A stretch of DNA of 61,067 bases, counting the filler, from Basidiobolus ranarum (lineage: Eukaryota), in the NCBI GenBank assembly GCA_040143965.1. It is 9 parts of 9 records of this genome, joined end to end, with 100 filler letters (N's around TTAATTAATTAA, not from the genome) between each part and the next. Parts side by side here need not be neighbours in the genome. Positions count along the whole stretch, not along the records: positions 34,028 to 40,721 come from JASJQH010001266.1; positions 40,822 to 47,510 come from JASJQH010001267.1; positions 47,611 to 54,290 come from JASJQH010001268.1; 6 more parts are not named here. One strand, given 5' to 3'. Made by a program: the position numbers and the translations under genes. This document shows positions 37,601-51,800 of this stretch, one piece after another. Within the stretch, counting starts at the first letter, position 1. The number at the start of each line of letters is the position of its first letter. The notes under the pieces were generated by a model, which was not told where the DNA came from, did no database searches, and saw nothing but the letters and a program-made list of their open reading frames with translations.

Positions 37601-38290
37601 GACAATAAGCTGCTTGTTAAAACAGTTTCCAATGATGGATATGTGTGCATTATAATATTTCCTTGTAATCCAAATCAAGAGAGATATGCTCAATGAGAAA
37701 GTTGTGCTGAATCTACCTAGATACAACCCAGACATCCTAAAATGCTTTAACACAGAGAATAGCAAGCCTATATCAGCAACAAAGGTTCCCTATGTGAAAT
37801 TAATCAAATTTTAGCCAATTTGGCTCAAAATGACTTATAACAAAGCAAGGAGTCCCTTATCAATCCATGGTCCCTATTTGATGTACTCAATGGTCAGGAC
37901 ACATCCAGATATTGCTTTGGCAGTGGGAACTGTCAGCTAGTATCTCAAACATCCAGGACCTGGGCACAAAACTGCAGTAAATTTAATATTCAAGTACTTG
38001 AGAGGAACTGCAGATTTAGTTCTGCAATAATTTGGCACTCCTGATGCACAAAACTTTCAAGGCTGCAATAATGCAAACTTGGGAAGAAACCATGATAATA
38101 GAAGATCAACAACTGGGTACACTTTTCTCTATGGTAATAAAGCTATAACTTGGAATAGTAAGAGGCATTCAGCTGTGGCACTTTACACTTCAGAAGTAGA
38201 GTATACAGCCACCTCTGCTAGTACACAAGAAGCTATGTAGCTAAGGATGTTACTTTCAGACTTAGGATACATGCAAATATGCTGTTCAAG
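34640..38290 (+). mobile_element. Near full-length degenerate Ty1/Copia element, with an inverted LTR at about 35273-35570 inside gag
   Basis: 5' LTR ends at 34880; PBS GGTTATGAG; gag LEDKDLWGYV; WHRRLGH; YSDLCWPM; YTPQQSRGAE; ARLVAKGYTQ; LYGLKQAPR; LYVDD; RSTTGY. Confidence 0.92.
34881..34893 (+). promoter_or_regulatory. Copia-type primer-binding site (internal tRNA-iMet type)
   Basis: GGTTATGAGTGCC directly after the LTR end; resembles GGTTATGGGCCC of Drosophila copia-like elements. Confidence 0.7.
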
Positions 38291-38340
38291 AGCTCAGGTT
38301 TAATTAAACTGTCAAAGAATTGGATCTAATTCATTGAGAT

Positions 38341-38670
38341 TTGTATAAACTTGTGCAAAATATATCTTTAGGATGGAAAAAACATCTAATCACATTTCTT
38401 GATGATTTACAAGATTCATTTGGGTTTACTTATGGAAAGCAAAAAGAAGCTCTCATTAACTTTAGAAACTTAGAAACACTTATGCAGGCCGAAACTAGGA
38501 CTAAAATTAAAAAAGTACATATTAATAATAATGGGGAATGTACTTCAACACTATGTAATCACTTTTGCAAAGTTTATGAAATTAAGCAAGAAACTACTGC
38601 CCCCTATTCACCTCAATAAAATGAAGTTGCTGTAAGGGCTTTGAGGACTGTAATTGAAAAGGGCATATCT
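38341..38670 (+). mobile_element. Second Copia integrase fragment
   Basis: ITFLDD, KIKKVHINNNGEC, TAPYSPQ*NEVA. Confidence 0.8.
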
Positions 38671-40721
38671 CCCTAACAGAAATATGAGGGTTGTTATAAT
38701 AGGAAAACTGTCGCAATAATAATCCATTTTGGATTGACAGTTAACTTACCATCATAAAATCATCAAGGTAGATTTGATTTTAATCGTTTTTTTAATTTCA
38801 AGGGTGATATTTCAAGATCTTGCAAAATAGTTGCATTTGATGGGCTACAATCTCAGCAAACTATATATCAACACACTTGCAAATAATGTAACTCAAACCT
38901 TACACATTTTCCACTTGAATGCTAATTTGTTACCTTTGAGTGCCCTAGTTTCTTTGATATATTCACATGAATATTTTTACATAGTTCTTCATACTCAAGG
39001 TTTAGCTCATATCCAATGCAAGTTTGTATCAATATCTCCATCAAAGCCCACCATGGTATTAACATTGCTGAATCAACATTTTTCCAGTTATCTGGCAGAT
39101 ACCTTGCAATTTTGTGCCACTCTGTATTGAGTTCTTCCCAGGTATCTGCATGGTCAACACCAGGCTGAATGTCAATTTGGATGTTAGTCTTCCAAAGCCA
39201 CTCTCTGCATACTTGCACTGCATTCTTCCTTTCATACTTTTGAATATACTCAAGTACTTTTACTATTTCTATTTGTCCTTGTAGTGTGACACTACTGAGG
39301 GTGCTTTGCGGTGTTTTTGCTGCTTTGCTTGATTTAACTTGAGTGCTAATTTCAACATTTTGAAAAGTACCAGTTGAGGTTGGAGGGCCAAGAGTTTCTT
39401 TGGTGGTATTTTGGCTTGCTGAGAGGTGACAGGTGTTGGATAAACTTCCAAATTTAGCACTCTTCCTACCGGTATACCTGGTTCCATTGTATAATTAAGC
39501 CTTTTAGTCAGTTTATTTAACTCTGGAAATACAGATCATCATAATGTTGTGAAGAATTTGGTGAGTGGGACAGTGGAGCCCCAACTGTAGAGCCTGAACT
39601 CACTGGCTCCTTTGCTTTGCCCTGGGGTTTACTAACTTCCTGCCCCTTAAGTACTTCCTTAGCTGCTTTTCTTTCTTTTCCAAGGCAATAAATATGTACA
39701 TAATAGATATGTTTTATGACTAGGCATATACTAGCCAAATTGCCATTTGCTTGCAAAAACCCAGGATAGGCCACATGAAATAAGTCAAGAACCTTCAGAG
39801 TAATGCCAGATTTTGGGTTTTCCATCATTGGCACAAATCAAGGTGATTTTGGGTAAGATTCTGCACAGTTTCCAAAATTTTAAACTGTTCTTCATCAGAG
39901 CAAGTGATGGCAGCTCTGACATTTGGAGCCTTATGGTTTGCTGGTCTTCCTTTGAGAATTCTACTTTGATGTGCCCAAGCAATCTTGGGTGGTTGTGTAG
40001 GCTTCATGGTTCAAGAGATGTTCTTCTCTGCTAGATTGTCACAGTGACATTTGTATGAATGGTGTGGAATTTATTAAAATTCTGTATGAGAATGGACTGA
40101 GGGAGCAGCATGTTGCAGTAGCTCAAGCACAGCATTCTGAAGAACTTTTATTATTGTTGAGTGACTCTCCAACTGTTGCCTAGTTGCTTCAGAATGCTGC
40201 TTCAATTGTGATATTGCAGTATTAATGCTTGTTATAGCCTGTTTATTAACTTTGTAGTTTTACTTACAATTGTATGCAAATATTTACAGTGCTCTGCCTG
40301 CAATTCACTTGTTGTAATAATTTTATCCAAATTTTCTACAGAAGGTTGTTCAGCAATTGGCAAAGTAGCAATTTAGAAAGTTGATGCTCTTGATGGTATT
40401 TTTGCTGAACTTTACTCAACTATTGATTTACTAAGTAACTGGAGGAACACAATCTCTTCACTTGCACTCTTACTGGAAAGGAACACATCTGGTAAACAGA
40501 GTAATGCTTCAGCATTACTTGAGTTAGTTTCCAGCATGCTTATGCCTTGCAAAGTGGACAGTGGATTGCTGGACTGCTCCTCAATGAAGTCCTCTGTTGT
40601 TGCTGGTTTTTTTCCTTTTGTGCCATCAGGCTTTTGCTTGGAAGCCAACTTGGCTTCAAATGTTGAATGCTTTTTGAATGGAATTGAAATTTTCAGATGG
40701 TAAACTTGGTGTAATGGAATT
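38671..40721 (-). mobile_element. Unclassified repeated element X, copy a
   Basis: Collinear homology with 43089-45130 and 45841-47510; degenerate long ORF on the minus strand. Confidence 0.8.
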
Positions 40722-40821
40722 NNNNNNNNNNNNNNNNNNNNNNNNNNNNNNNNNNNNNNNNNNNNTTAATTAATTAANNNNNNNNNNNNNNNNNNNNNNN
40801 NNNNNNNNNNNNNNNNNNNNN

Positions 40822-41205
40822 ATGGCCCATTATGCACGGAAAGATATTCAAATGTCAAACGGAGTCATCATTCCAAAGGGACAAACTGTGATTTGCAATC
40901 TGCATTCAGCGCATTTCAATGAAGCTCAAGGAGAAAATCCATTGGAATTTCAACCATGGAGATTTGTAGGCCAACCTAAAACAGCAACAAGAGTTGGCTC
41001 CGATTATCTTCCATTTGGTGTTGGACAACGTTCTTGTCCAGGTCGTTACTTAGCCATTCAAGAGATCAAAACTGTCGTTTGTATGATTGTCACTTCTTAT
41101 TCCAAAGTTGAATTCGAAGATCCTGTAGTGGGTGCGCAAATGCTTCATATTAGATTTGGCTCACTAGTTAAGACAGGTTTGATATTCACCAGTCGCGAGG
41201 CATAA
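40822..41205 (+). CDS. Cytochrome P450, C-terminal part (5'-truncated)
   Basis: FQPWRF (PERF-like) and heme motif PFGVGQRSCPG. Confidence 0.95.
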   Translation: MAHYARKDIQMSNGVIIPKGQTVICNLHSAHFNEAQGENPLEFQPWRFVGQPKTATRVGSDYLPFGVGQRSCPGRYLAIQEIKTVVCMIVTSYSKVEFEDPVVGAQMLHIRFGSLVKTGLIFTSREA

Positions 41206-43088
41206 TACTAAATTTACTTTTTCATTTGAAATGGTTATGTTTCTGTTAATTGATATTCGTTTTGACTAATTGCATGCTACCCTGATGTACTTAAACTACA
41301 GTTTTAATCGATTTACTCAATGTACTGAAGTCTAACACTCAAGTGAATGAGATGCTGACTTGACATTCACCTCTTTCCTGAAAAATATACTGCAATAGGT
41401 TCGTATTCTTAAATAAAACCCCTTAATCTTTAGAAGTGTATTTTTTCATTACATGATAACTGAGTGCTGCGACGGCTTTTAGTATTTGTTGTTTTTCCAA
41501 TTTCCCAAACTCTTTTATCCTGCATATTGAACAGCATAGCCTACCTGACCTAATGATGAAATGGGACCAGTTAACTGTAAAATCGCCCCTTTCTTTGAAT
41601 AGTTAATTGGCAGTATTTGATGTTATGCAGTCCACTGCTCAATATAAAGCCATCAAAAAGTAATATCAAGAATTGCCTCAATACATTTGTGATGTTTACC
41701 TAGTATGGGTTGATATAAGATGATACCAATGTTGGGCTTTGACAGATAATATCATACCCTTCACATATTCAAGATTCTGATGCTTGCTCATACCATTTCT
41801 ATTGTGATAACAGCGCTGCATCATTAACGCAGAAGTTCCTTATAGTAATGGATATTTAATGAAATGATAATTAGCTCTTAACCTGTGAGAATTCCACACT
41901 TGGTAATCTGCCTTGCAAAGTTTTTCCAAACTTTTTTCTACTTTTATTCTTTCAAACTGATATTAGCAAAGCAGCTTTGCATCCCAAACATATGCATATA
42001 TTATTAAAGCTGTCATAAATTCTTGTATAATAGAATTCCTCACACTCTTACATTTATTCGATTTTTCAAATATACTGATATGATTATTCTTGCAGACAAC
42101 TGTAGTCACCAAGCTTCTTTTTGTTAGGATCCCATAATGTCTCAGCTTATTGTAGTATCCCACCATATGAAGGATTGTTTGGTTACTATTTCTGTCAAAG
42201 CATTTGGGAGCCTGTTAGAAGTGGTTAGGAAATTAGAAAAATTGGTGGTCTTCACTTATAAATTTGTTCAGTTAAAAGTTGACAAATATAGTTTTGTCAA
42301 GATGTAAACAAACTAACATGTAGAAAGTGTTAAGCAAGATCCCAGGAGCATGTGCACAAAGTCAGGGGCTTCTAGCACAAGTTTGAAAATTTATATATAT
42401 ATCTGAAAACTTCCAAGTTGTTAAAAATATTCTAAGTAAGTTCCAATTGAGAATCATGGGTAATATCTTAGTGAAAAGTGAGTTAGCTAAGTACTAAGCT
42501 ATATATGACTCTGCTGGTGTTTAGGCAATGCAAATTGTAATAATTTCTACTTCAGCAAATTTAAATAAAATCTAACTTCTCTGACATATTGCATCTGGAA
42601 AATCTCTCTGGAATGTTGCTGGTGGGCATACTGAGCTGCATGACACTGTTACTAAAGTATCAACTAATAAAAACGTCACTGCCAAATTTCATTTGATAAT
42701 AGTTCCATATGTCATAGCTAGCCTTGACTGTGTCACAAATTTGAACTAGTAGTGAATCTGATGTTCATTTCATCATCTGACACAGCACATGAGGAACTAT
42801 CCATTGCCTTATACCTCCAATCAGATCATCTGGCCTATTACTTAATAAATGTTGATAAGAATCTATCACTAAGTAATCTGCAATGACATAAGTCAATGTA
42901 ACTTGTAAGAACTATAACCATTGACTTTCACTGCCAATACTCCAGCAGCTGCATGACTCACATATCTCCCTATATATCTAACCACTCATATATTATTTTT
43001 CAGACTCTATAAAGTATTATCTTGGTGCTGACTAATAATCTTTGCTATGCAAAGTATAAATCACACTGACTGGGATTTTTGGCTTAGC

Positions 43089-45840
43089 CCCAACAGAGAT
43101 TTGAGGATTATTATAGTAAGAAAATCATCACAATTTCAATCCATTTTGGATTGATTTTTTACTTACCTTCTTCAGATTGTCAAGTTAGATTTGATTTTAA
43201 TCAATTTTTTCAGTTTCAGGAGCAAAACTTCAAGATCTTGGAAAATAGCTGCACATGATTGGCTACAATCTCAGAGAACTATGGATTAACACATGTGCCA
43301 AAAATATAACCCAAATTTTACACATTTACCACTTGAATGCTAATTTGCTGCCTTTGAAATCCCAGGTTATTCTGATGTATTCTGCTGAATGTTTTATAAA
43401 GTTCTTTCTGCCCAAGGTTTAACTCATATCCAACATAAGTTTCTATCAATATCTCCATCAAACCCCCCATTATATTAATGTTGCTGAATCAACATTCTTC
43501 CAGCTATGTAGTGGATACCCTGCAATAGTGTGCCACTCTGTATAAACTTCTTCCCAGATATTGGCACAGTCAAAACCAGACTGAATGTCAAGTTGAATGC
43601 TCTTCTTCTGAAGCCACTTTTTGCATACTGGCACTGCATTTTTCCCTCCATTCTTTGGAAAATACTCCTGAAGCACTTTTACTATTTTTATATGTCTTTG
43701 TAGTGTGATCCAACTAAGGGTACTTTGTGGTGTTTGTGTGACTTTTTGCTTTCCTTTAAGTTTGGGGCCAATTTCAACACTTTGAGAAGTACCTGTTGAG
43801 GTTGGAGAGCTGTGAATTTCATTTGCTGCTGTTTTGGCTCATTCAGAGATGTCAGGTGTTGGCAAAACTTCCAAATTTAGCACTCTTCAAACTAGTATAC
43901 CTGGTTCCATGGTGAAATTAAGCTTCTTTGCTAATATATCCACATCTGGAAATGTAGATCATTGTACTGGTGTGAGGAGTTTGGTAAATGGGACAATAGA
44001 GCCTGAACCCACTGGCTCCTATGCATTTCCCTTGGGGTTACTAACTTCATGTGCCTTGAGTACTTCTTTAGCTACTTTTCTTTCTTTTTCAAATCAATAA
44101 TTGCATGTAGTTTTGAGATGTTTCAAGAGTAGGTCTATACTAGCCCAATTTCCATTTACTTGCAAAAACCCCGGATAAGCCACATGAAATAAGTCAAGAA
44201 CCTTCATAATAACAACTGAATTTTGGTTTTTCCACAATTGGCTCAAATCAAGGTGATTTTGGGCAAGATTGCATGCAATTTCCAAAATATCAAACCACTT
44301 GTCAATACTGCAGGTGATGGCAGCTCTGAGACTGAGAGTTGTTTGGGTTGCTAATTCTCCTATGAGATTTCTACTTTCATGTGGCCAAGCAATTTTTGGT
44401 TGTTGTGTAGGCTTAATGGCCCAACACATATTCAGCTCTGCTAGATTGTCATGGTGATGTTCATATGTATGGTGTGGGATTAAATGAAATCCTCTATGAA
44501 AATGGATGGAGAGAGCAGCATGTAGCTGTAGCTCAAGTGTAGAATTCTGAAGATCTTGTATTGTTGTTGAGTGACTCTCTAACTGTTGCCTAGTTGCTTC
44601 CAAATGCTACATTAATTGCAATATTGTGGCATTATTACTTATCATGGCTTGTACCGCAACTTTGTAGTTTTTACTTAAGCTCACATACAAATCATTTTGG
44701 TGTTCCGCCTGGGATTCCCTTGCTGTAATAATTCTATCCAAATTTTCTACAGACAGTTGTTTAATAGGCAGCAAGGTAGCCACTTTGGAAGTTGGTGATC
44801 TTGAAGACATTTCTGTTGATCTTTGCTCAACTATTGATTCACTAAATAATTGAGGGATTACAACCTCTTACTTGCACTATTGCTTAAAAGGAGCATATCT
44901 GGTAAATTGATTAATGCTTCATTGTTACTTGAGTTAGTTTCTGGCATTGTAATGCCATGCAAAGTGGATAGTGGATCACCAGACTACTCATTAAGTAAGT
45001 CCTCTGTTCTTGCTGGTTTTTTTCCTTTCATGCCAACAGGCTTTTACTTTGAAGCCAATTTTAATTTAGGTTTTCGATGCTTTTTTAATGGCATTCAAAT
45101 TTTCTGATGGTAAACTTGTTATAATGAATTTGCTTAGAAAGAGCTTATAAAAAACAAGATTGCCATCCATTACCAGAGAAATGTTGCAAATCCCCTGATG
45201 ACTAATCTGTGACACCATCTCAGAATCAGTTGATGTTATTGATGGGCTATACCAAAAATACCTCCCTTACACAGGAGGCATTCTTTCTTCTACCATATCC
45301 TTCTTATGCTGCAATACAAATATTGAAAGAAGTCCTGCTCTTTTTGTCACAAATTCTTGTGCTATATAAGTTGGAGGCTTCATATAAAAATAATCACAAG
45401 CATGGTCACTGTACAAAGCCATCAGCTGCACAAAGCCTGGTGAATGTCAACAGTAATAAGTGCAAAAAATTGGCTTTAGTTTTGCCCACTGAGTCCACTG
45501 GCTGTACTTTGCCTCAGAGTTTTAGTAACATTGCCAAAAGTCAAGATACTGTGGAGTTACCAGAGTTATATGACCAGAATGATATAGGTAGAAATGCAAC
45601 TTTGGTCAAACTAGTAAGTCCAGACAGCTTTGAGGAGATGCTACTAGATGTTAACCTTGGTTATTCCAGTACTCATGGTGGTATATCAAAAGTTGATGAA
45701 GAAAACAATATTTTTGTGATAGATTCTTTGTTATCAGCAAGTATTGGTCCACTTATAACACTACAGTAAACAAAACAGCTTTGATTATTGAGGAGTGGAG
45801 AGTTCAATTCAATCTTAGCAACCAGATATTTATTAATTTT
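43089..45840 (-). mobile_element. Unclassified repeated element X, copy b (includes divergent plus-strand ORF relic about 45209-45780)
   Basis: Homologous to copy a; about 45480-45830 is also homologous (inverted) to about 9790-10060. Confidence 0.8.
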
Positions 45841-47510
45841 CCCTAACAGAAATTTGAGGATAGTTATTGTATGAAAAGCATCAAAATTTTAATCCATTTG
45901 TGATTGCCTGTTTACTCACAATCACAAAATTGTCAAGTTAGATTTGATTTTAAATAATTTTTTCAGTTTAAGGAGTGAAATTTCACGATCTTGCAAAATA
46001 GTTGCACATGATTGGCTACAATCTCAGAGAACTATGCATCAACACATGTACAAGAAATGTGACTCAAATTTTACACATTTACCACCTGAATGCTCATTTG
46101 TCACCTTTGAAATTCCTAGTTTCTTTGATATATTCTCCTGAATATTTCATAGAGTTCTTCCTATCCATGGTTTAGCTCATATCCAACATCAGTTTGTACC
46201 AATATCTCCATCAAAGCCCACCATTGTATTAACATTGCTGAATCAACATTCTTCTAGATATCTTATGGATATCCTGTGATATTGTGCCACTCTGTATTAA
46301 CTTCTTCCAAGATACCTGCATAGTCAACACCAGACTCAATGTTGAGTTGAATGTTCTTCTTCAGGAGTCACTTTTGGCATACTTGAACTGCATTTTTCCC
46401 TTCATACTTTTGAAAATACCCCTCAGGCACTTTGACTATTTTCATATGTCCTTGTAGTGTGACACTACTGAGGGTGCTTTGCAGTGTTTGTGTGGCTTTT
46501 TGCTTGCCTTTAACTTTGGTGCTAACTTCAACACTTTGAAAAGTATCAGTTGAGGTTAGAGAGCCATAAGTTTTGTTTGCTGGTGTTTTGGCTTGTTGAG
46601 TGGTACCAGGTGTTGGATAAACTTCTGAATTTAGCACTCTTCCAACTGGTGTTCCTGGTTCCATAGTGAAGTTAAGCTTTTTTGCCATTATATCTGACTC
46701 TGGAAATGCAGATCTTTGTAATGGTGATAAGAGTTTGGTAAGAGGGATAGTAGAGCTGAAACTCACTGGCTCCTTTCCTTTTCCCTTGGGTTTACTAACT
46801 TCCTGCTGTTTGTGTACTTCTTTGGCTACTTTTCTTCCTTTTCCAACTCAATAAATGCATTCATTTTTGAGATGTATCATGAATATGCCTATGCTAGCAC
46901 AATTATCATTTGCTTGCAAAAACCCTGGATAAGCACCATGAAATAACTCAAGAACCTTCACAGTAACACCTTGTTTTTGGTTTTTCTACAATTAGCTCAA
47001 ATCCAGGTGATTTCTGGCAAGATTCTGCACAATTTCCAAACTGTTAAACAACTCTTCTTCAGAGCAAGTGATGGTAGCTCTGACAATCAGAGTCCTTTGG
47101 TTTGCTAGTTCTCTTATGAGATTTCAACTTTCATGTGCCCAAGCAATTTTTGGGTTGTTGTGTAGGCTTAATGGTCCAACCCACATTCTGCTCTGCTAGA
47201 TTGTCATAGCTATGTTCATATGTATGTTGTGGGATTAATTGAAATCCTGTATGAGAATGGACAGAAGGGGCAGCATGTGGTTGTAGCCCAAGTACAATAT
47301 TCTAAAGATCCTGTATCATTTTTGAGTGACTCTCTAACAGTTGACTAGTAGCTTCCAAATGTTGCATTTAATGCAATGTTGCAGCATTATTGGTTGTCAT
47401 GGCCTGTATAGCAACTTTGTAGTTTGTACTTATGATTGCATACAAATCATTATGGTGTTCTGCCTGCAATTGCCTTTTGGTATTATTGATAGCCAAATTT
47501 GATAAGCTGG
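45841..47510 (-). mobile_element. Unclassified repeated element X, copy c
   Basis: Starts with the same ccctaacagaaat.tgagg end; collinear with copies a and b. Confidence 0.8.
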
Positions 47511-47879
47511 NNNNNNNNNNNNNNNNNNNNNNNNNNNNNNNNNNNNNNNNNNNNTTAATTAATTAANNNNNNNNNNNNNNNNNNNNNNNNNNNNNNNNNN
47601 NNNNNNNNNNTATTTCTGTTTGGGGCATGGGGTGATCTATTCAAAGATTGACATATCTACTTGTGGCAGGACAATTGTTGACTCTAAGTTGGGGATATAT
47701 TGACTGAATTCTTTATGCAAATTTGCCAAAATCCAAGAGCTTAGTCTCATTGTGATTGATAACAAGAGTCAGCTATTTGCCAACTGTCAGTGCTGTTCAA
47801 CATTTCAGATATTTAGCAATTTTTCTACCATTAGTTTGCTGGTAAAGCATATCAATGTTTTTAAGTTATGTCTAATCAG

Positions 47880-48680
47880 TCAAATATGGGCATATGCAGA
47901 GCCTAAACACAATGAGATTCTTGTATTTTTTGATTCTCATTATGGCTGCAATACAAAGCCAAAAATATCTAAATAAAGCATGTATATTAATTCAAATTCC
48001 CACAGCAATAAACCCAGTAATCTGCAACTCAAAAATTAATTTTTTGCAAAAATTGTTGGAAATTTAATAATGCATGCTAATTACAAGGATTGGTACTTAA
48101 CTATGTATGAAAACTGCTGAAATACCATCAAGAAGCCAGTGTCACACCATGAAAAAGCATGGCAGAATGCAAGCCACCAATATTATGATGGTTCTCTGTT
48201 GGTTTTGCAATTCAGTAGGGTGGATCAGATGTAGATTAAGTTAATTTTATTTTCATTAGGGTGATGTTGTTGAGTTATATCTGATCAATCAAGTATGTGC
48301 ATATATGGAGACTAAACACAACAAGATTCTGGTGTTTTTTGATTCTCATTAAGGCCAGAATTAAAGCCTAAAATATCTAAGTAAAGGCATGCATATTAAT
48401 CTGATTTCCTACAGCAGTAAACCCAGGAGTTTACCTTTCAAAATATGATTTTTTGTGAAAAATATCAGAAATCAAATAACTCATGCCAAATTTGAGTATT
48501 AACATTTTACTATGTATGAGTGATGTCAAAATACTGTCAAGAAGCCTCCATCCTGCCATCAAAATCCCTTGCAGAATGCAAGCCACCTATACTTTGATGG
48601 TTTCCTGTTGGTTATGTGATCTTGAAAGGTGGATACAGTCCAGATCAAATCTTTTTTATTTATGTTTGGGTGGTATTTAC
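47880..48680. repeat. Two diverged tandem ~410-bp units of repeat family Y (also about 9440-9720)
   Basis: ctaaacaca..agattct.gt.ttttttgattctcatta at about 47903 and 48312; gcagaatgcaagcc at about 48162, 48571 and 9619. Confidence 0.75.
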
Positions 48681-48899
48681 CTAATATTAGCATTTTCAAG
48701 CATTCTTTGATCATGGATATGCCTTATCACTCTACAATTGGGCTCTTCATAAATTTACGATTAGAAAGCCTTTTGGCCAGCAATTCTGCTCAATATGAGT
48801 ATTCCCCAACTGAGCATTATAAGAACACAATATTATTATGCTCTCACTTATATCAGGCCTAAAATCTCCTAGTAATTGCAAAAGCTTTCTACACCTACT

Positions 48900-51800
48900 T
48901 ATATATGAGTTCAACAACATTGCAATGGGGCAAGTCAAGGTCTTGTGATGATGGGGCATTACAGTGTATGGTTTGGTAATATCCCAGCTAAGAGAAAAAT
49001 TGGGGATTCACAGACAAATTGCCATGTTGTATTTCCAAATGTATGAGATTGAAACTGTGAAATCAGCAGAAAGCACACACTACTTTTATTAAATACTTAC
49101 AGAATCAATATCATTACATATGTGGAAACCAGAATTAATGCAACATGCATTTGGCATGAATATCAAGTATTAAAGGTACAACAGAATCAGGACTTAATTG
49201 TCAAGTAGCAGGTATCTCATCATTCTTGAATACATTAGTAAAAGAATTACTTGACTCACCCATATCAGTAATTTGAAATTTGTTTGCCCATTTGTGGTCA
49301 ATATCTGGTAAACCATCTGTAGTGCTGAGAAAACACTCCTATTATCAGTAATGGTAATGCATATAATGTGATCAGCGGTGCACTTTTAAAATTCCAGTTA
49401 TTAAATATAAACATCAATCATCTTTAGCATGTTCTAAATGCTGCCTTTAGCAGATACAGAAATATTTGCAATTTTCAGATCATATCAGGGTGTTATGGGC
49501 AAACTAATATATCTTGTTGCTACATAGATATCTCTTCATCTATATTTTCATACAGAGAGGCTGGTTTTACTACCATTTAATGCAATTCAAGGTTATGCAT
49601 GGCTAAAGGTACCAAGACTGTTCTGCAGGAACTAAATTTAGCTACTGGGCCAAAGGTTATCTTGAACACCTCCTGGAGTCTGTGATTAACTGGTTACAAT
49701 GCATTTTGTTTAATACCTTTTAATAGCTCAGCCAGCTTGGTCTTTCACTTAATATAAACATTTGCAACATCTTTGCTTTCTACATGATGATTGTGTACTT
49801 ATAGCCCAGGTTTTATTGTCCTGGAGTGAAGAATGATGATCATCAGACATTGCACTTTCACTTGATCTTGATTCTAAACACTGCAAATGTGAATTGAGAG
49901 CCTGTGGCTTGTTTCAATATGCCCACAAAGTCTTGATATCTTCATTACAACTGTCCTACTAGTGGTTCAATTCCCCTTTTGAACAAATTTTTAGGTTCTG
50001 GATCTTTCTGTGTTCCAGTTGGGGTTATATATTTGGGCATACTGGACTCCTAAATTCATGGAAATTTGTTTTACACTTTCTCAAAAGTGCAGGTTGTGAT
50101 ATCTGGATCAACAACTGCAAGCTGTGAATCAATAAAGGGTTTCAAATGGAGTATAGTTTTGTAGCAATCTGGTTTGGTATTAACTATGACACTGACTGCT
50201 GTAGAGACTTATTCAACCCAATATTAGTAATCAATCTTTTTAATGTTTCAAGTATATAGATGCTGTTCCCAGGCCCACATAGTTCAGCGTGAATCAGGGG
50301 TAAGCTTAGTTTGTGTAGGGCTTTAAACCTAAAAATATGTAAAATGATCTAATTACCATATCAAGCATTGGAGCAAAAAGTACGTGCTTGCAAATCTCAA
50401 AACCAGCTGCTACATTGTATGAAGAAGAACATATTTATATATCAGGGAGATTTCCTAATCAAGGCCAAAAATAAGGTAGAGCATGTATACATGTATGGAA
50501 ATATGCAGAGCTGCATCAAGCAAAGCAACTCGGCAAAAGAAACATGTACATATCTCTTAAGTCCAACTTGAATATCCAGGGCATATATTCACAAGTTCAG
50601 AGGTTGCCACTTGTATCAGAAGAGTTGAGATCAATTCCAATTAGCAAAATTGTGAGTGGATTTAATCTCTCCAGAGTTTGAAAATGGCTGTCTGGTATAT
50701 TTTGCAATATGCATCCTTCACATTAAGCTAATTGGGTTATATTTTCAATTTCCAAGACTGAGACAAGCTGATTTTGAATCATTTGGGTCAGTTTGGTTCC
50801 CCAATGTGGCCCAAACTTTTATTCCACATTTGACATCATATTTCACCAGTTTTACCCAGTTTGCATGCTCAGAATGCAATTTGTTGATTTCTAGCTTGAA
50901 TCAGTTTTGAGGGTTGACCCCAGTAGATAATTTGATATATTCTGTTCTGTGATAGTGCATCCTCCCTAGGTGATCACAAAATATAGTTCTTGAACTGTTG
51001 GTTGGCCTATGGAGAGTAGCTTCTTGACTCTATTTGGTTCACAGAGTACATCAACCAGTTTTGCAGGTGATGTAGCTGATTTGATCAAAGTTGAGCACAA
51101 CTGTGCCTGAACTAACTGTATCAAGTGCATAGTCACCTCCTGAGAAGACTATCCTTGTTTAGATGGGTTTTAGGCTGAAAACTAATCTTTCTTGTTAGTC
51201 ACTTACTGGGAAGCTCCTTTATAAATGTGTTCTGTTTCAGAGGCTTCCTTAGTTGTTATTGATAGGGCTGAGACAATTAGACACCCCAATTAGTGTTTAC
51301 TTGATAAGATTGTTCCAATTTTAGTGTTCTCCCAAGATCCTCTTTTGGTAATCTTTGACTAAATAGCCAGGTTTCTTGCAAAACTTGCAGATCATGGATT
51401 TGCTATCAGAGGCACCATTATTGAGGCTTGTTGGCCATTTTAAAGCTCCCAAAATGCTTGATTTGCATTATTTTGCTGAGAATCAGATCTCCATTCTTCA
51501 TTCAAAAGCTTGGCTCCAACATGTTCCATGTTTAATAGCACTGATCTTGATTCTAGGTCAATTGGAAGGTTCCTTTATTCAACTGGCAGGCTCCTAAGTA
51601 GTTTTATGACTATGACATCCTTATATAGAGGTACTCCATTGATGAGAGCTGAGCTGCCATAGCTTGGATCATCTTGAATGACTTGCCATAGAACAACCAG
51701 AAATCATCTGAATTGAGAAACACTATTGTTATAGATATATCTTATGAGTCAGACTTTTAGTCTTAAAGAGTTCCTCAAGTGTTATCCAAGCACATTGGAT

